A DNA stretch of 64,000 nt from Blastocatellia bacterium (GTDB lineage: Bacteria > Acidobacteriota > Blastocatellia > UBA7656): positions 768,001-832,000 of the forward strand of contig CAVXWP010000009.1 in assembly GCA_963765495.1 (NCBI GenBank), in the 5' to 3' direction. The notes below the pieces were generated by a model that was given only the letters and a program-made list of their open reading frames with translations, had not been told where the DNA came from and did not search any database. Shown here piece by piece: positions 1 through 9,007 of this stretch. Positions within the stretch are counted from its first letter, which is position 1; each line of letters opens with the position of its first letter. A program made the translations under genes and the position numbers.

Positions 1-363
1 TCCGGCCAGATTGATCGCTCCCACCTGCGGCAGGGTTATCATTCCATCAGGCCCTATGATGTGCTTGCCCGAAAGCTCCGGGTGATCCCACACTTCGACG
101 GTTAATTCGTCCCCTGCGCCAAATGTGTATTCGCCCGCGCCTTCTGCCTCAAATTTCGCCAGCAACTCTGCGGGAGTAAACACGCTGCTCTTTTCAACAT
201 AGTGAAAATCGCCCTGCGGAGATTGCGAAGAGTTGGAACTGTTTTGCAAGGCAAGGCTCTGGCTCGACAGTGTAAGCAAAAGGCAGACGAGTGCGGCAGG
301 GCTTATTTTTTTATACGCGCGCGTGACGCATCTGATCAGATTACTCAAAGGCTGGAAATCCAC
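1..363 (-). CDS. Polysaccharide biosynthesis/export protein (Wza-like, Poly_export domain), runs off the window edge
   Basis: Manual minus-strand translation (not in ORF track): signal-peptide-like N-terminus, then EYTFGAGDELTVEVWDHPELSGKHIIGPDGMITLPQVGAINLAG. GTG at 363 is preceded by GGAGAAAGG. Confidence 0.85.
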   Translation of the reverse strand, partial: MDFQPLSNLIRCVTRAYKKISPAALVCLLLTLSSQSLALQNSSNSSQSPQGDFHYVEKSSVFTPAELLAKFEAEGAGEYTFGAGDELTVEVWDHPELSGKHIIGPDGMITLPQVGAINLAG

Positions 364-440
364 ACGGCTACCTTTCTCCGGTTTTCAGGAGGGTTCATAA
401 ACAGGGGAGGGGCAAAAGGCAAAAGCCGATTAACGAACCT

Positions 441-480
441 GAGAAACCTGTTGAACGTGGCCGGTTTCAACAGGTTTCTC
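441..480. repeat. Perfect 15-bp inverted repeat with 10-nt loop
   Basis: GAGAAACCTGTTGAA (441-455) / TTCAACAGGTTTCTC (466-480), in the putative leader of the export gene. Confidence 0.85.
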
Positions 481-527
481 TTCGCAGACATCAACGTCGT
501 TTCAAGAAAACGGGCTCAAAATGTTTG

Positions 528-542
528 GCAAAGGATGTACCA
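528..542 (-). promoter_or_regulatory. Sigma-54 (-24/-12) promoter for the polysaccharide export gene
   Basis: Minus strand reads TGGTAC-ATCCT-TTGC, matching TGGCAC-N5-TTGC. A candidate enhancer palindrome TGTA-N7-TACA lies at 677-691. Confidence 0.65.
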
Positions 543-946
543 CTCAATCCGGGTTGAGTTGATGAAGGTAATCAGAGATGTCCCGAATCGGTTAAATCAT
601 TCATACTTTACGGGCATTCCTGTAATAAATATCTGTTGTGCTCTCGCGCTGCGATATAGACAGAAGCAAGTGGAAGTGTAATTGCGCTACATGTTTTTGG
701 TAATGACCGTGGCTCAAATACCCATGAGATCGGGCGGATGATGCGTGATGCGTGATCGGTGAAGGGAATCACTGATGGCTCAAAGTACGCCAGAGATTTT
801 CTGAGAATCAAATGGTCCTGCTGCAATGCAACCCGTCAGATCCGATTGCTGTTGATTTCAGTATGCCGCTGGTTTATTCTCGATTCTCCCGCCTCGCCTG
901 TGTTTATCCGGACAGGCCGGGCGCTTGCGACTGGGGATAAATACTG

Positions 947-1858
947 ATGATGAAATCTCTCTTGCTTTATCTGTCAGGTAGCGAAGGTTTCAAGAAGTTT
1001 CTTACGCGTTTCAAATCTTTCAATAACGTCACCCATCGGTTCGTAGCGGGCGAAGAGCTTGCGGACGCGGTCGAAGCCGTCCGGGAACTCAACCGCAGGA
1101 GTATCTCCGCATCATTCGATCATCTGGGCGAATCAATAACGGTCGAAGCCGAGACACGCGACGAGGTAGACGAATACACGCATATCTTCGACAGCATAAA
1201 CGAACATGCGCTCGATTCAAACGCATCGGTCAAGCTGACTCAACTCGGACTCGACATCGATAAAGAGCTTTGCTATCAAAACACCCGCGCCATCGTTGAG
1301 GCCGCCGCCCGCTATAAGAGTTTTGTCCGCATCGACATGGAAGACTCGCCCAGAACCGATGCTACGCTTGAGATATTCACCCGCCTGCGACCGGAGTTTG
1401 ACAATGTCGGAATAGTTGTTCAGTCATACCTCTATCGCACCGAAAAAGACATAGAAAACCTGTTGAAACTGGGCGCGAGGATCCGCCTGTGCAAAGGCGC
1501 ATACGACGAACCTGAATCCGTAGCCTTTCCCAACAAAGAAGACGTGGACGCCAACTACGTAAAGCTGATGAAGATGCTGGTTGTATCAGGGATCTATCAC
1601 GGCATAGCCACGCACGATGAGAACATGATCGCGGCTACGAAGCAGTTTGTCGAAGAACGCAAGATAGATCGCGACAGGTTTGAGTTTCAGATGCTTTATG
1701 GAATCAGACGCGATTTACAGGAGCAACTCGTAGCCGATGGCTATCGCATACGCGTCTATGTGCCTTACGGGCGCTTCTGGTATCCGTACTTCATGCGGCG
1801 ACTGGCCGAACGCCCCGCCAATCTCTGGTTCGTCCTGAAGAATATTATGAAAGGGTGA
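947..1858 (+). CDS. Monofunctional proline dehydrogenase
   Basis: Motifs RFVAGE, SVKLTQLGL, RIDME, RLCKGAY, IATHD, EFQMLYG, YFMRRLAERPAN. Confidence 0.95.
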   Translation: MMKSLLLYLSGSEGFKKFLTRFKSFNNVTHRFVAGEELADAVEAVRELNRRSISASFDHLGESITVEAETRDEVDEYTHIFDSINEHALDSNASVKLTQLGLDIDKELCYQNTRAIVEAAARYKSFVRIDMEDSPRTDATLEIFTRLRPEFDNVGIVVQSYLYRTEKDIENLLKLGARIRLCKGAYDEPESVAFPNKEDVDANYVKLMKMLVVSGIYHGIATHDENMIAATKQFVEERKIDRDRFEFQMLYGIRRDLQEQLVADGYRIRVYVPYGRFWYPYFMRRLAERPANLWFVLKNIMKG

Positions 1859-1873
1859 GCGAAGGGATTTCAG

Positions 1874-2010
1874 AAGGGATGAGGGATGAGGGATGAGGGA
1901 TGAGGGATGAAAAGGACTGTAACGTCACATCTCAATTAAATGGGGAGAGGGAATACCGGGATGTTACCAGATGGTCCTTTTCATCCCTCATCCCTCATCC
2001 CTCATCCCTT
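1874..2010. repeat. Hairpin with heptamer-repeat arms: (GGGATGA)5-AAAGGAC ... GTCCTTT-(TCATCCC)4
   Basis: Read directly. Lies between convergent genes; same left arm at 40515-40556. Confidence 0.9.
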
Positions 2011-2015
2011 AAGAA

Positions 2016-3350
2016 TTAGGTTCCGATTCTCATCTCGAAAAGCGGATTGCTTAGCGAAGCGCTCGCGGTTTTTGCTGCGGCACGCTTCTGTTGGGCTTTT
2101 GGTTTGGCCGAGGCTTCCTTTATTACCTCAACGGCTTTCTTTAGTTGAACGTCTTCGACAGGTTGCTCTGGCGGCTTGGGCACGGTGGCCTGCGGCTGCT
2201 CGCCTTTATCATCGGCGGCCGAATCATCGTCGTCATCGCCGTCGGGCAGGACGACTTCCGCTTCCACCGGGCGGTCTACTTTGATTGATGGAGTGACCGG
2301 CTCTTCCATGAAAGGCTTGCCGGTGGCGGGCGCGTATTTGGCCGTCGTGATCAGCAGCGCCCCGCCGTCTGAAAGCGAGAAGAGTTGCTGGTCAGACCCC
2401 GCGCCGAAAGTGCGCTCGCCGACGACATCGCCGCGTTTCTGTTCGAGAACTGCCGCTGCGATGATCTCTGCCGGTCCAGCCGTAGAGCGATCCGTTACGA
2501 CGACCAGCGGCCCGTTGAATACGACCTTGCTCTCATCGGCGTTAAAGGCTTTCGCCTCCTTGCCGCCTTTGCCCACGATGCGCGCAAGCGGCCCCGAGCC
2601 TATGAAGAGGTTGGCAACAGCCACGCCTTCTTCGATCTTTCCGTTAGCCGCGCCGCGCAGGTCGAGCACAATCTTTTGAGCGCCCTTCGAGATCAGATCG
2701 TTTAGCTGCGATTTCACTTCGCCCGCCTTGCCTTCGACCATGCTCGTGACCTTTATATAGCCAATTCCCGGCTCTTCCACACGCGCTTCGATTGCGGGCT
2801 GAACTATCTTTGCGCGAGGCACCATGATCTTGTGCGACTGTCCCTGATGGAGTATGCGAACCTCGATCGAAGTTCCGGCCTGCCCGCTCAATAGTTGCTC
2901 GATGTCATACAGGCTCAGGTCTCTTGACGGCACTTTGCCTACATATTCTATGAAGTCGCCTTCGCGTATGCCTGCCTGCTCGGCGGGCGTTCCTTTCAAG
3001 ACCGAAACTACGTAAGCGTACCCGGCCACCTTCGACACTATCATGCCGGTCTGGGCGAGATTGGCTTTCGGGTCATACTGCTTGACCTGTTCGGGTGTCA
3101 GGTAGGCGCTGTAAGGATCAAGCCCTTCGGCAAGCCCGCGAAGGCTGCCGATTCTCACCTTTTCCAGGTCGGGCTGGTCAACATAATCGCGGATGATGTG
3201 GCTGAGCACTTCATCAAAGGTTGTTAATTGAGCGTATTGACTTCCGCGCGCCACCGCCTGGCCGGACTTCGACATAAAGCTGCCGACTATGGCATAAAAG
3301 GCGATGACCGTTGAGAAAACGACGATGGCGATTTTGGTTTTGAACTGCAT
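2016..3350 (-). CDS. S41 family C-terminal processing peptidase with PDZ domain
   Basis: LDPYSAYL, PDZ segment, GYIKV, VLDLRG, VVGERTFG. Start chosen at ATG 3350 after AAGGAG. Catalytic motifs look degenerate (TAGPAE, TFGAG instead of SASASE, TFGKG). Confidence 0.85.
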   Translation of the reverse strand: MQFKTKIAIVVFSTVIAFYAIVGSFMSKSGQAVARGSQYAQLTTFDEVLSHIIRDYVDQPDLEKVRIGSLRGLAEGLDPYSAYLTPEQVKQYDPKANLAQTGMIVSKVAGYAYVVSVLKGTPAEQAGIREGDFIEYVGKVPSRDLSLYDIEQLLSGQAGTSIEVRILHQGQSHKIMVPRAKIVQPAIEARVEEPGIGYIKVTSMVEGKAGEVKSQLNDLISKGAQKIVLDLRGAANGKIEEGVAVANLFIGSGPLARIVGKGGKEAKAFNADESKVVFNGPLVVVTDRSTAGPAEIIAAAVLEQKRGDVVGERTFGAGSDQQLFSLSDGGALLITTAKYAPATGKPFMEEPVTPSIKVDRPVEAEVVLPDGDDDDDSAADDKGEQPQATVPKPPEQPVEDVQLKKAVEVIKEASAKPKAQQKRAAAKTASASLSNPLFEMRIGT

Positions 3351-3617
3351 CCGTGACTCCTTATTAGGCGTTGAGCACATCATATATTAACCCGCACCCG
3401 AGTCCGGGCGCAAGGATTTAAGACTCCGCCTCAAGAGCCAAAGTATATTGATCATCAGAACCACCTGGTTTTGTGCCGGGTCATTGTCATAGCGCGACAG
3501 CAATTCACGGACATTTATTCCCTCCGTATTTCCCAGTAGATTGACTTGCTATCCAAGCTGCTATAGATTCACTGTCGGATCAACTCCGTCTCTCATCCTA
3601 AGATTGGATCCCAAGAG

Positions 3618-5177
3618 GTGTTTATGCGAGCTAGAATCATTCGCCTTTTTATTCTGGTGGTCTTCATCTCATTTGCTTTCGTTAGCATTTGTTTTAATAG
3701 CCAAGCACAGAAACCTGACTCCCGCTTTTCGCCGATGATCCCAAAAACCTGGGACGAAGCCGCGCTTGCCGATTGGGCAACGCCGGTCGCTGGATTGAAT
3801 GTGCGACCCACGCATATTTCGGCCAAAGAGTACTACTCCTTACCGGTGGAGAATCTGAGAACCTATCCGGTCTATGTCCCAGGCCGGGAGCCGGAAGGCT
3901 ATTGGGAGATGCTTCAGCGTGTCGGGCCACAGCCTTTGATTGAGCCCGAGAAGCTGAAGACCGAAGCTGACTGGATTGACGCGGGACGGAGAGTCTTCGA
4001 AGGAGCGGATGATTTGCACCTCCGAACTTTCGCCCCAGAGTTAATATCTACAGCCAGGAACCCTAAGACTTTTGAGGGGCGGCAACCGTTACCGGACGGC
4101 ACGGTATCAGATTTGCGATGGGTCCCGACGAAAAACGGGGTTGCTCTTTCCCTTTCAAATTGCACGAATTGTCACCTATTGCTTCTGCAGGATGGCACGC
4201 TCGTCCCTGGCGCCCCCACGTTCGCCAGGCCTAATCCCCCTGGCAGAAGCGGCCTGGTTCGCCCGCTACAAACTGCGGTGCGCTCCGTTACCGGAGCCCC
4301 GCCATTCCTTATGGGAACTGAGAGCTTTGGGACCTGGCTCTACCAGGCATACGGGGTTCCCTGGAAGGAGGACGACATCCACGAGCGAGTGAAGGCGATG
4401 TCGGAGGCTGATTACAACTTATGGATCAATGCCGCAGTGCGCGGCGGCGGCGTGCCGCGCTGGAATGGCAGCCCTTATTACCCGGCAAAGATTCCGGATC
4501 TGATCGGCATTAAGAACCGGAAATATTTAGATCATACGGCAACACACTTGCACCGCGGGATCGGCGACCTGATGCGGTATGCATCTCTGATTAGCTTCGC
4601 CGAAACGGCTGAGTTTGGCCGCTATCACATGCTATTGCCAACCACAAAGAGGGCTCAGGCGAGATTGTCGGATGAAGCGCTCTACGCGCTCGCGTTGTAC
4701 ATTTATTCGCTGAAGCCGCCTCCGAATCCGAACTCATTCGATGAGCAAGCGAAGGCAGGAGAAAAGATCTTCGCACGAGAGGGTTGCACGATGTGTCACA
4801 CGCCGCCGTTGTACACAAGCAACAAACTCACCCTCGCTGAGGGGTTCATCCCGCCGAAGGACGTGCCAGCGACACTCGACATCCTGCGGCTATCGGTCGG
4901 CACCGATACGGGTTTGGCGCTGGGAACGCGTAAGGGCACGGGTTATTACAAGGTGCCCTCGCTCAAAGGCGTATGGTATCGCGGACATTACCTGCACGAT
5001 GGGGGGGCGGCAAGTCTGGAGGAGATGTTCGACCCAGATCGCCTCAAAGAGAGCCATGTAGCTGGAGGATGGTGCCCACCTGGTACCCAAACCCATGCCA
5101 TCAAGGGTCACCCGTTTGGCCTAGACCTGTCAGAGGGGGAGCGTAAAGCATTGATCGCTTTCCTGAAGACGCTCTGA
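3618..5177 (+). CDS. Secreted di-haem c-type cytochrome (cytochrome c peroxidase/RoxA-like)
   Basis: Signal peptide; two CxxCH motifs (CTNCH, CTMCH); C-terminal YKVPSLKGVWYRGHYLHDG motif. Confidence 0.75.
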   Translation: MFMRARIIRLFILVVFISFAFVSICFNSQAQKPDSRFSPMIPKTWDEAALADWATPVAGLNVRPTHISAKEYYSLPVENLRTYPVYVPGREPEGYWEMLQRVGPQPLIEPEKLKTEADWIDAGRRVFEGADDLHLRTFAPELISTARNPKTFEGRQPLPDGTVSDLRWVPTKNGVALSLSNCTNCHLLLLQDGTLVPGAPTFARPNPPGRSGLVRPLQTAVRSVTGAPPFLMGTESFGTWLYQAYGVPWKEDDIHERVKAMSEADYNLWINAAVRGGGVPRWNGSPYYPAKIPDLIGIKNRKYLDHTATHLHRGIGDLMRYASLISFAETAEFGRYHMLLPTTKRAQARLSDEALYALALYIYSLKPPPNPNSFDEQAKAGEKIFAREGCTMCHTPPLYTSNKLTLAEGFIPPKDVPATLDILRLSVGTDTGLALGTRKGTGYYKVPSLKGVWYRGHYLHDGGAASLEEMFDPDRLKESHVAGGWCPPGTQTHAIKGHPFGLDLSEGERKALIAFLKTL

Positions 5178-5190
5178 ATAGTTTAAGATC

Positions 5191-5218
5191 ATTTCGCAGA
5201 ATGCCTGTAGTGCGAAAT
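5191..5218. other. dif/Xer-like 11-6-11 recombination site
   Basis: ATTTCGCAGAA-TGCCTG-TAGTGCGAAAT with imperfect inverted arms, 48 bp upstream of a tyrosine recombinase fragment. Confidence 0.55.
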
Positions 5219-5266
5219 TATTGAACCGATTTGACAGCTTTTGTAGTAGGCTGAAAACGTCTACTT

Positions 5267-5614
5267 ATGCGTACTCCATCCGCTAAAGCGAAATCTCAAA
5301 ATGGCCTGAAAGAGCTTATCTCTGCGACCACAAAGCTTTGGCGCAAGCATCATCTCACTAATGATCAAGCCCGCTATATCTCTAAAGAGGTCCGAAGGGC
5401 TTTGGGTATCGAGCGGGTAAAGTCTCGCAAGCGGATAGTCCAACGCCTATCGCGAGATGAGGAGCAACATCTCATCCAACACGCATATAAGCAAAGCGGA
5501 GAGCGCGGCCTATTGGTCAAGTCCCTATTCCAGACTGGTGCAAGAGTATCCGAGTTCGTCAACATCAAGGGGGAGGATTTCTTCTTTGAAGAGACAAATG
5601 GCTCCGGGGCCTGA
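5267..5614 (+). pseudogene. Truncated tyrosine recombinase/integrase
   Basis: Box I motif LFQTGARVSEFVNI is present; ORF ends before the HxxR and catalytic Tyr. Confidence 0.8.
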
Positions 5615-5646
5615 ATAGAACGGCAACTCGGCTTTAATCGCGCTCG

Positions 5647-5676
5647 TTGACACCTCGCAATCGCCCTACTTATACT
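5647..5676 (+). promoter_or_regulatory. Sigma-70 promoter, probably giving a leaderless ruvX-mltG transcript
   Basis: TTGACA-N18-TATACT ends 8 nt before ATG 5685; no Shine-Dalgarno sequence. Confidence 0.6.
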
Positions 5677-5684
5677 GAAAATTA

Positions 5685-6104
5685 ATGCGTGTGCTCGCCA
5701 TAGATTTCGGCACTAAAAGAATAGGAACGGCCGTATCGGACGCGCTAGGCATAAGCGTGCGTCCGGTAGAGACGATTCGCCGCTCGTCTTTGGGCAAAGA
5801 CCTTGACAGGTTAAAGTCGCTGGTCGAAGACCTTGAACCCGAGGCGGTCGTCGTGGGGTTGCCTTTAAGAATGGATGGCCGGATGGGCGACGCCGCGCTG
5901 TCGGTTATGCGGTTTGCCGAGCGGTTGCAGGTTGCGCTTTCCATACCCGTCTACACGCAGGACGAGCGATTGACCAGTTACGAAGCCGAACAGATGATGA
6001 TCGAACGCGGCATGGGGCGAGACGAGCGGCGCGCGCGCTCGGACCAGTTTGCAGCGATGATAATATTAGAGGATTACTTATCAACAGCCAGGATCAGGAA
6101 ATGA
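5685..6104 (+). CDS. ruvX: RuvX/YqgF pre-16S rRNA nuclease
   Basis: LAIDFGTKRIGTAVSD, VVGLP, DERLTS motifs. Confidence 0.95.
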   Translation: MRVLAIDFGTKRIGTAVSDALGISVRPVETIRRSSLGKDLDRLKSLVEDLEPEAVVVGLPLRMDGRMGDAALSVMRFAERLQVALSIPVYTQDERLTSYEAEQMMIERGMGRDERRARSDQFAAMIILEDYLSTARIRK

Positions 6105-7237
6105 ATTCGCAAGAACCGGAGGCAGATGCCTCAAGCATACAGATCGAGTCTGTAGCGCCGGAAACTCCCGCCGCCGCGCCTCCTCAAAAGCCGCGCCGCC
6201 TGCTTCGCTACGCGGCGCTCTTTTTACTCGCACTGATTCTGGCAGCGATAGCCGCAGGCGCGCTGTGGGTGAGGGGGGCCGTGGCCGGGCAGGTCGAGCA
6301 CTCTTCGGCAGACGAGATAATTTCAATAGAACCGGGGATGAGCACGCAGGCGATCATATCTCGATTGACCGCAGCCGGAATCGTTCGCCGCCCGAGAGTG
6401 CTCAGACTCTATTTGCGCGTCACGGGGCTGGGCGATAATCTCAAGGCAGGCGATTACAGATTCGACTCTCCGATCTCGCCGCTTCAGGCTATAGACAAAA
6501 TAAGGCGAGGCGATGTCTATCTCGAGCGCGTCACCATACCGGAAGGTTTCAATCGCTTCGACATAGCCGAGACGCTCGCGACAAAGACCGGCAAGGCCAC
6601 AAAGGAAGAGTTCCTCCACTTGATGGAAGACCAGACGCCGATTCTCGATATAGCACCGTCGGCGCGAAATCTTGAAGGTTATCTCTTCCCGGATACATAC
6701 TCTTACACATCAAAGACCACGCCCGAGGAATTGATTCTTTTAATGGTCAATCGCTTTAAGGAGGTATTCACGCCCGAATGGCAGGCGCGGGCGAGTGAAC
6801 TGGGGATGACAGTGCATCAGGTGGTCACGCTCGCCTCCATAGTCGAAGAGGAGGCGCGACTGCCCGAGGAGCGCCCGCTTGTCGCGTCGGTCTTTCACAA
6901 CCGTTTGAAAATAGGCATGCAGCTTGCGAGCGATCCAACCTTTATTTATGCCGCGATCCTGGCCAACGACTATGACGGGAACCCCAACCAGCCGCGCCAC
7001 CGCCGCCGGGACTCGCGCTACAACACTTATCTGTATCCGGGGCTTCCGCCCGGCCCCATAGCCTCGCCCGGTCGCGCTTCGCTTGAGGCGACACTCTTCC
7101 CGGCTGAAAGCGATTATCTCTATTTTGTAGTGAACGGGACCGGGGGACATCACAAGTTCTCGCGCACCTCGGCAGAACACGAAGCCGCGGTCGAAGAGTA
7201 CCGCAAGCTACAGCGCGAGCAACGCGGGCAGCAATAG
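6101..7237 (+). CDS. mltG: Endolytic transglycosylase MltG
   Basis: N-terminal TM helix; VTIPEG, LEGYLFPDTY, LASIVEEE, YNTY..GLPPGPIASPG. Confidence 0.95.
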   Translation: MNSQEPEADASSIQIESVAPETPAAAPPQKPRRLLRYAALFLLALILAAIAAGALWVRGAVAGQVEHSSADEIISIEPGMSTQAIISRLTAAGIVRRPRVLRLYLRVTGLGDNLKAGDYRFDSPISPLQAIDKIRRGDVYLERVTIPEGFNRFDIAETLATKTGKATKEEFLHLMEDQTPILDIAPSARNLEGYLFPDTYSYTSKTTPEELILLMVNRFKEVFTPEWQARASELGMTVHQVVTLASIVEEEARLPEERPLVASVFHNRLKIGMQLASDPTFIYAAILANDYDGNPNQPRHRRRDSRYNTYLYPGLPPGPIASPGRASLEATLFPAESDYLYFVVNGTGGHHKFSRTSAEHEAAVEEYRKLQREQRGQQ

Positions 7238-7245
7238 CCAAAGCC

Positions 7246-7302
7246 GTCAGTCTCCCGTTGTCCCTTGTTAAATTCTTCCACAACGGACAACGGGAGACTG
7301 AC
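7246..7302. repeat. 18-bp perfect inverted repeat of degenerate heptamer units; possible bidirectional terminator
   Basis: GTCAGTCTCCCGTTGTCC / GGACAACGGGAGACTGAC between convergent mltG and htrA. Confidence 0.8.
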
Positions 7303-7315
7303 AACCGACAGCTTT

Positions 7316-8455
7316 TCACCGAACAGTCTTCGGTCGTTCGCTGAGTCGCACCGGCAGGGTCAGGCGCTCGCTTTGACGCAACAATTCCAGTTGGACTGTC
7401 TGCCCGGGTTGCTTGTTCTGGAGAACGTGCTGAAGGTCGTCGTTTGATTTGATAGGTTGTTTGTCAATCGCAAGCAGCACGTCGCCCAGTTTTTCCAGAG
7501 CCATTCCATAAACCGTATCGCGCACCTCTGATCCGCGAACGCCCGCCGCCGCCGCGCCGCTGCCGCGATAGACATCGCCGATTATCAATCCCTCTTCAAC
7601 CGGCAAGTTTAGTCTTCGAGCCATCCTTCGGTTGAGCGGAATCAGCGAAACGCCAAGCCACGGGTGCGCGACATAGCCCTTAGAGATCAGATCGGGAATG
7701 ATCTTTTTGGCCGTGTCAACCGGGATGGCAAAGCCTATGCCCACGCTTCCACCCGACGGGCTGTATATCGCCGTATTGATGCCTATCAATTCGCCCTTCG
7801 CATTCAACAGAGGTCCGCCGGAATTGCCGGGATTGATCGAGGCATCGGTCTGTATTGCGCCCTCGATTGTGCGGCGCGAACTGGAATCGCGCAACGGTCG
7901 CTCGAGCCCGCTGATTATCCCTGTCGTCAGGGTTCGCTGAAGCCCGAAGGGATTGCCGATAGCCAGCACCTTCTGGCCTACTTCCAACCCCTGCGATGTG
8001 CCGAGCTTGACGGCAGTCAATCGGTCTCGCGGGGCCTTTACCTGTATGACCGCCAGATCGTTGTCGGGGTCTGTGCCTATGAGGGTTCCCGGATATTTAT
8101 CATCTCCGATCATCACCTCAAGCTGCTCGGCTCCCTGCACGACGTGGTTGTTTGTGAGGATATGGCCTTCCTGATCAATTATAGAACCCGAGCCGCTGCC
8201 TTCCTGCGGGTATACGCCGAACCATGTCTCAGTGTAGCTGCGGCTTGTGATGTTGACGACGCCGGGGCTGACCGTCCGATATATGTCGATGTTGTTCTGT
8301 TCGTCGGTTGCAACCGAGGGGTCGGCAATGGCGACAGGTTCTACGCTTGCGCCGCGCCGCTCCAATCCGAATTGCGCGAGCGTCACAAGCACCCCCGCGA
8401 TCACAGCCGAAAAAACTGCCAGCGCCGTAAGCTGCTTACCCGTGACCCGATACAT
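7316..8455 (-). CDS. HtrA/DegP-family trypsin-like serine protease with PDZ domain
   Basis: GSGSII, LTNNHVV, DLAVI, QTDASINPGNSGGPL. Start at ATG 8455 after AAGGAGG. Confidence 0.93.
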   Translation of the reverse strand: MYRVTGKQLTALAVFSAVIAGVLVTLAQFGLERRGASVEPVAIADPSVATDEQNNIDIYRTVSPGVVNITSRSYTETWFGVYPQEGSGSGSIIDQEGHILTNNHVVQGAEQLEVMIGDDKYPGTLIGTDPDNDLAVIQVKAPRDRLTAVKLGTSQGLEVGQKVLAIGNPFGLQRTLTTGIISGLERPLRDSSSRRTIEGAIQTDASINPGNSGGPLLNAKGELIGINTAIYSPSGGSVGIGFAIPVDTAKKIIPDLISKGYVAHPWLGVSLIPLNRRMARRLNLPVEEGLIIGDVYRGSGAAAAGVRGSEVRDTVYGMALEKLGDVLLAIDKQPIKSNDDLQHVLQNKQPGQTVQLELLRQSERLTLPVRLSERPKTVR

Positions 8456-8874
8456 AACTGCTTCCTCCTTTGAATCCATCTTTTCATTCAACCGGATGGC
8501 AATCTGCTCTTTCACCGATTGGTCTTTCCATCCCGACATCAATTATAACGCCTCTCCCCGAATTCTCGCTGCATCATTTTGCCTTCCCGAAGTTCACCCC
8601 TTGCTCATACGTGACTGAATTTTATCGGTCATTTCATTCACTTTGACCGAAAGCCGAGACGGCCGAAGGTACCCTGGTGAAGAGAGATATATTCCATATG
8701 AAAGAAGATTAAACGAGCAAAGAAAATCGCTCAGAGACAACTCGGTCGCGGTTTGGTGGGAGCTAAACCATTGCGTCTACAGGGTATATCTTATTTCGAG
8801 GCGAGGGCGAAGAAACGGTTTTTTGCGTATTGGACCGATCACGGCGCGCTTACCCGAAGGGGATGGCCGTTATT

Positions 8875-8890
8875 TGGTACATGGCTTGAT
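8875..8890 (+). promoter_or_regulatory. Possible sigma-54-like promoter for the S8 peptidase
   Basis: TGGTAC-ATGGC-TTGAT (non-canonical -12). Upstream palindrome TCGGTCA-N12-TGACCGA at 8625-8650. Confidence 0.35.
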
Positions 8891-9007
8891 AGTTATCTTG
8901 AGCGAGAGGCCAATCGAGAAATTCGGGTTGGGGATAGGGCGTAAGGCAGAAGGGTACAGAAGAGGATAAAATCTCAATTTAACAATCCTATTCTTAAACG
9001 AAAAATT

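Noticed and set aside
202-681. 159-aa plus-strand ORF
   Set aside because: Overlaps the real minus-strand export gene and its promoter; no recognisable motif.
1876-2008. Tandem repeats as a possible CRISPR array
   Set aside because: Units are 7 bp and contiguous, with no spacers and no cas genes.
8643-8969. 108-aa ORF in the htrA-subtilase gap
   Set aside because: No motif or RBS; lies across a divergent promoter region.
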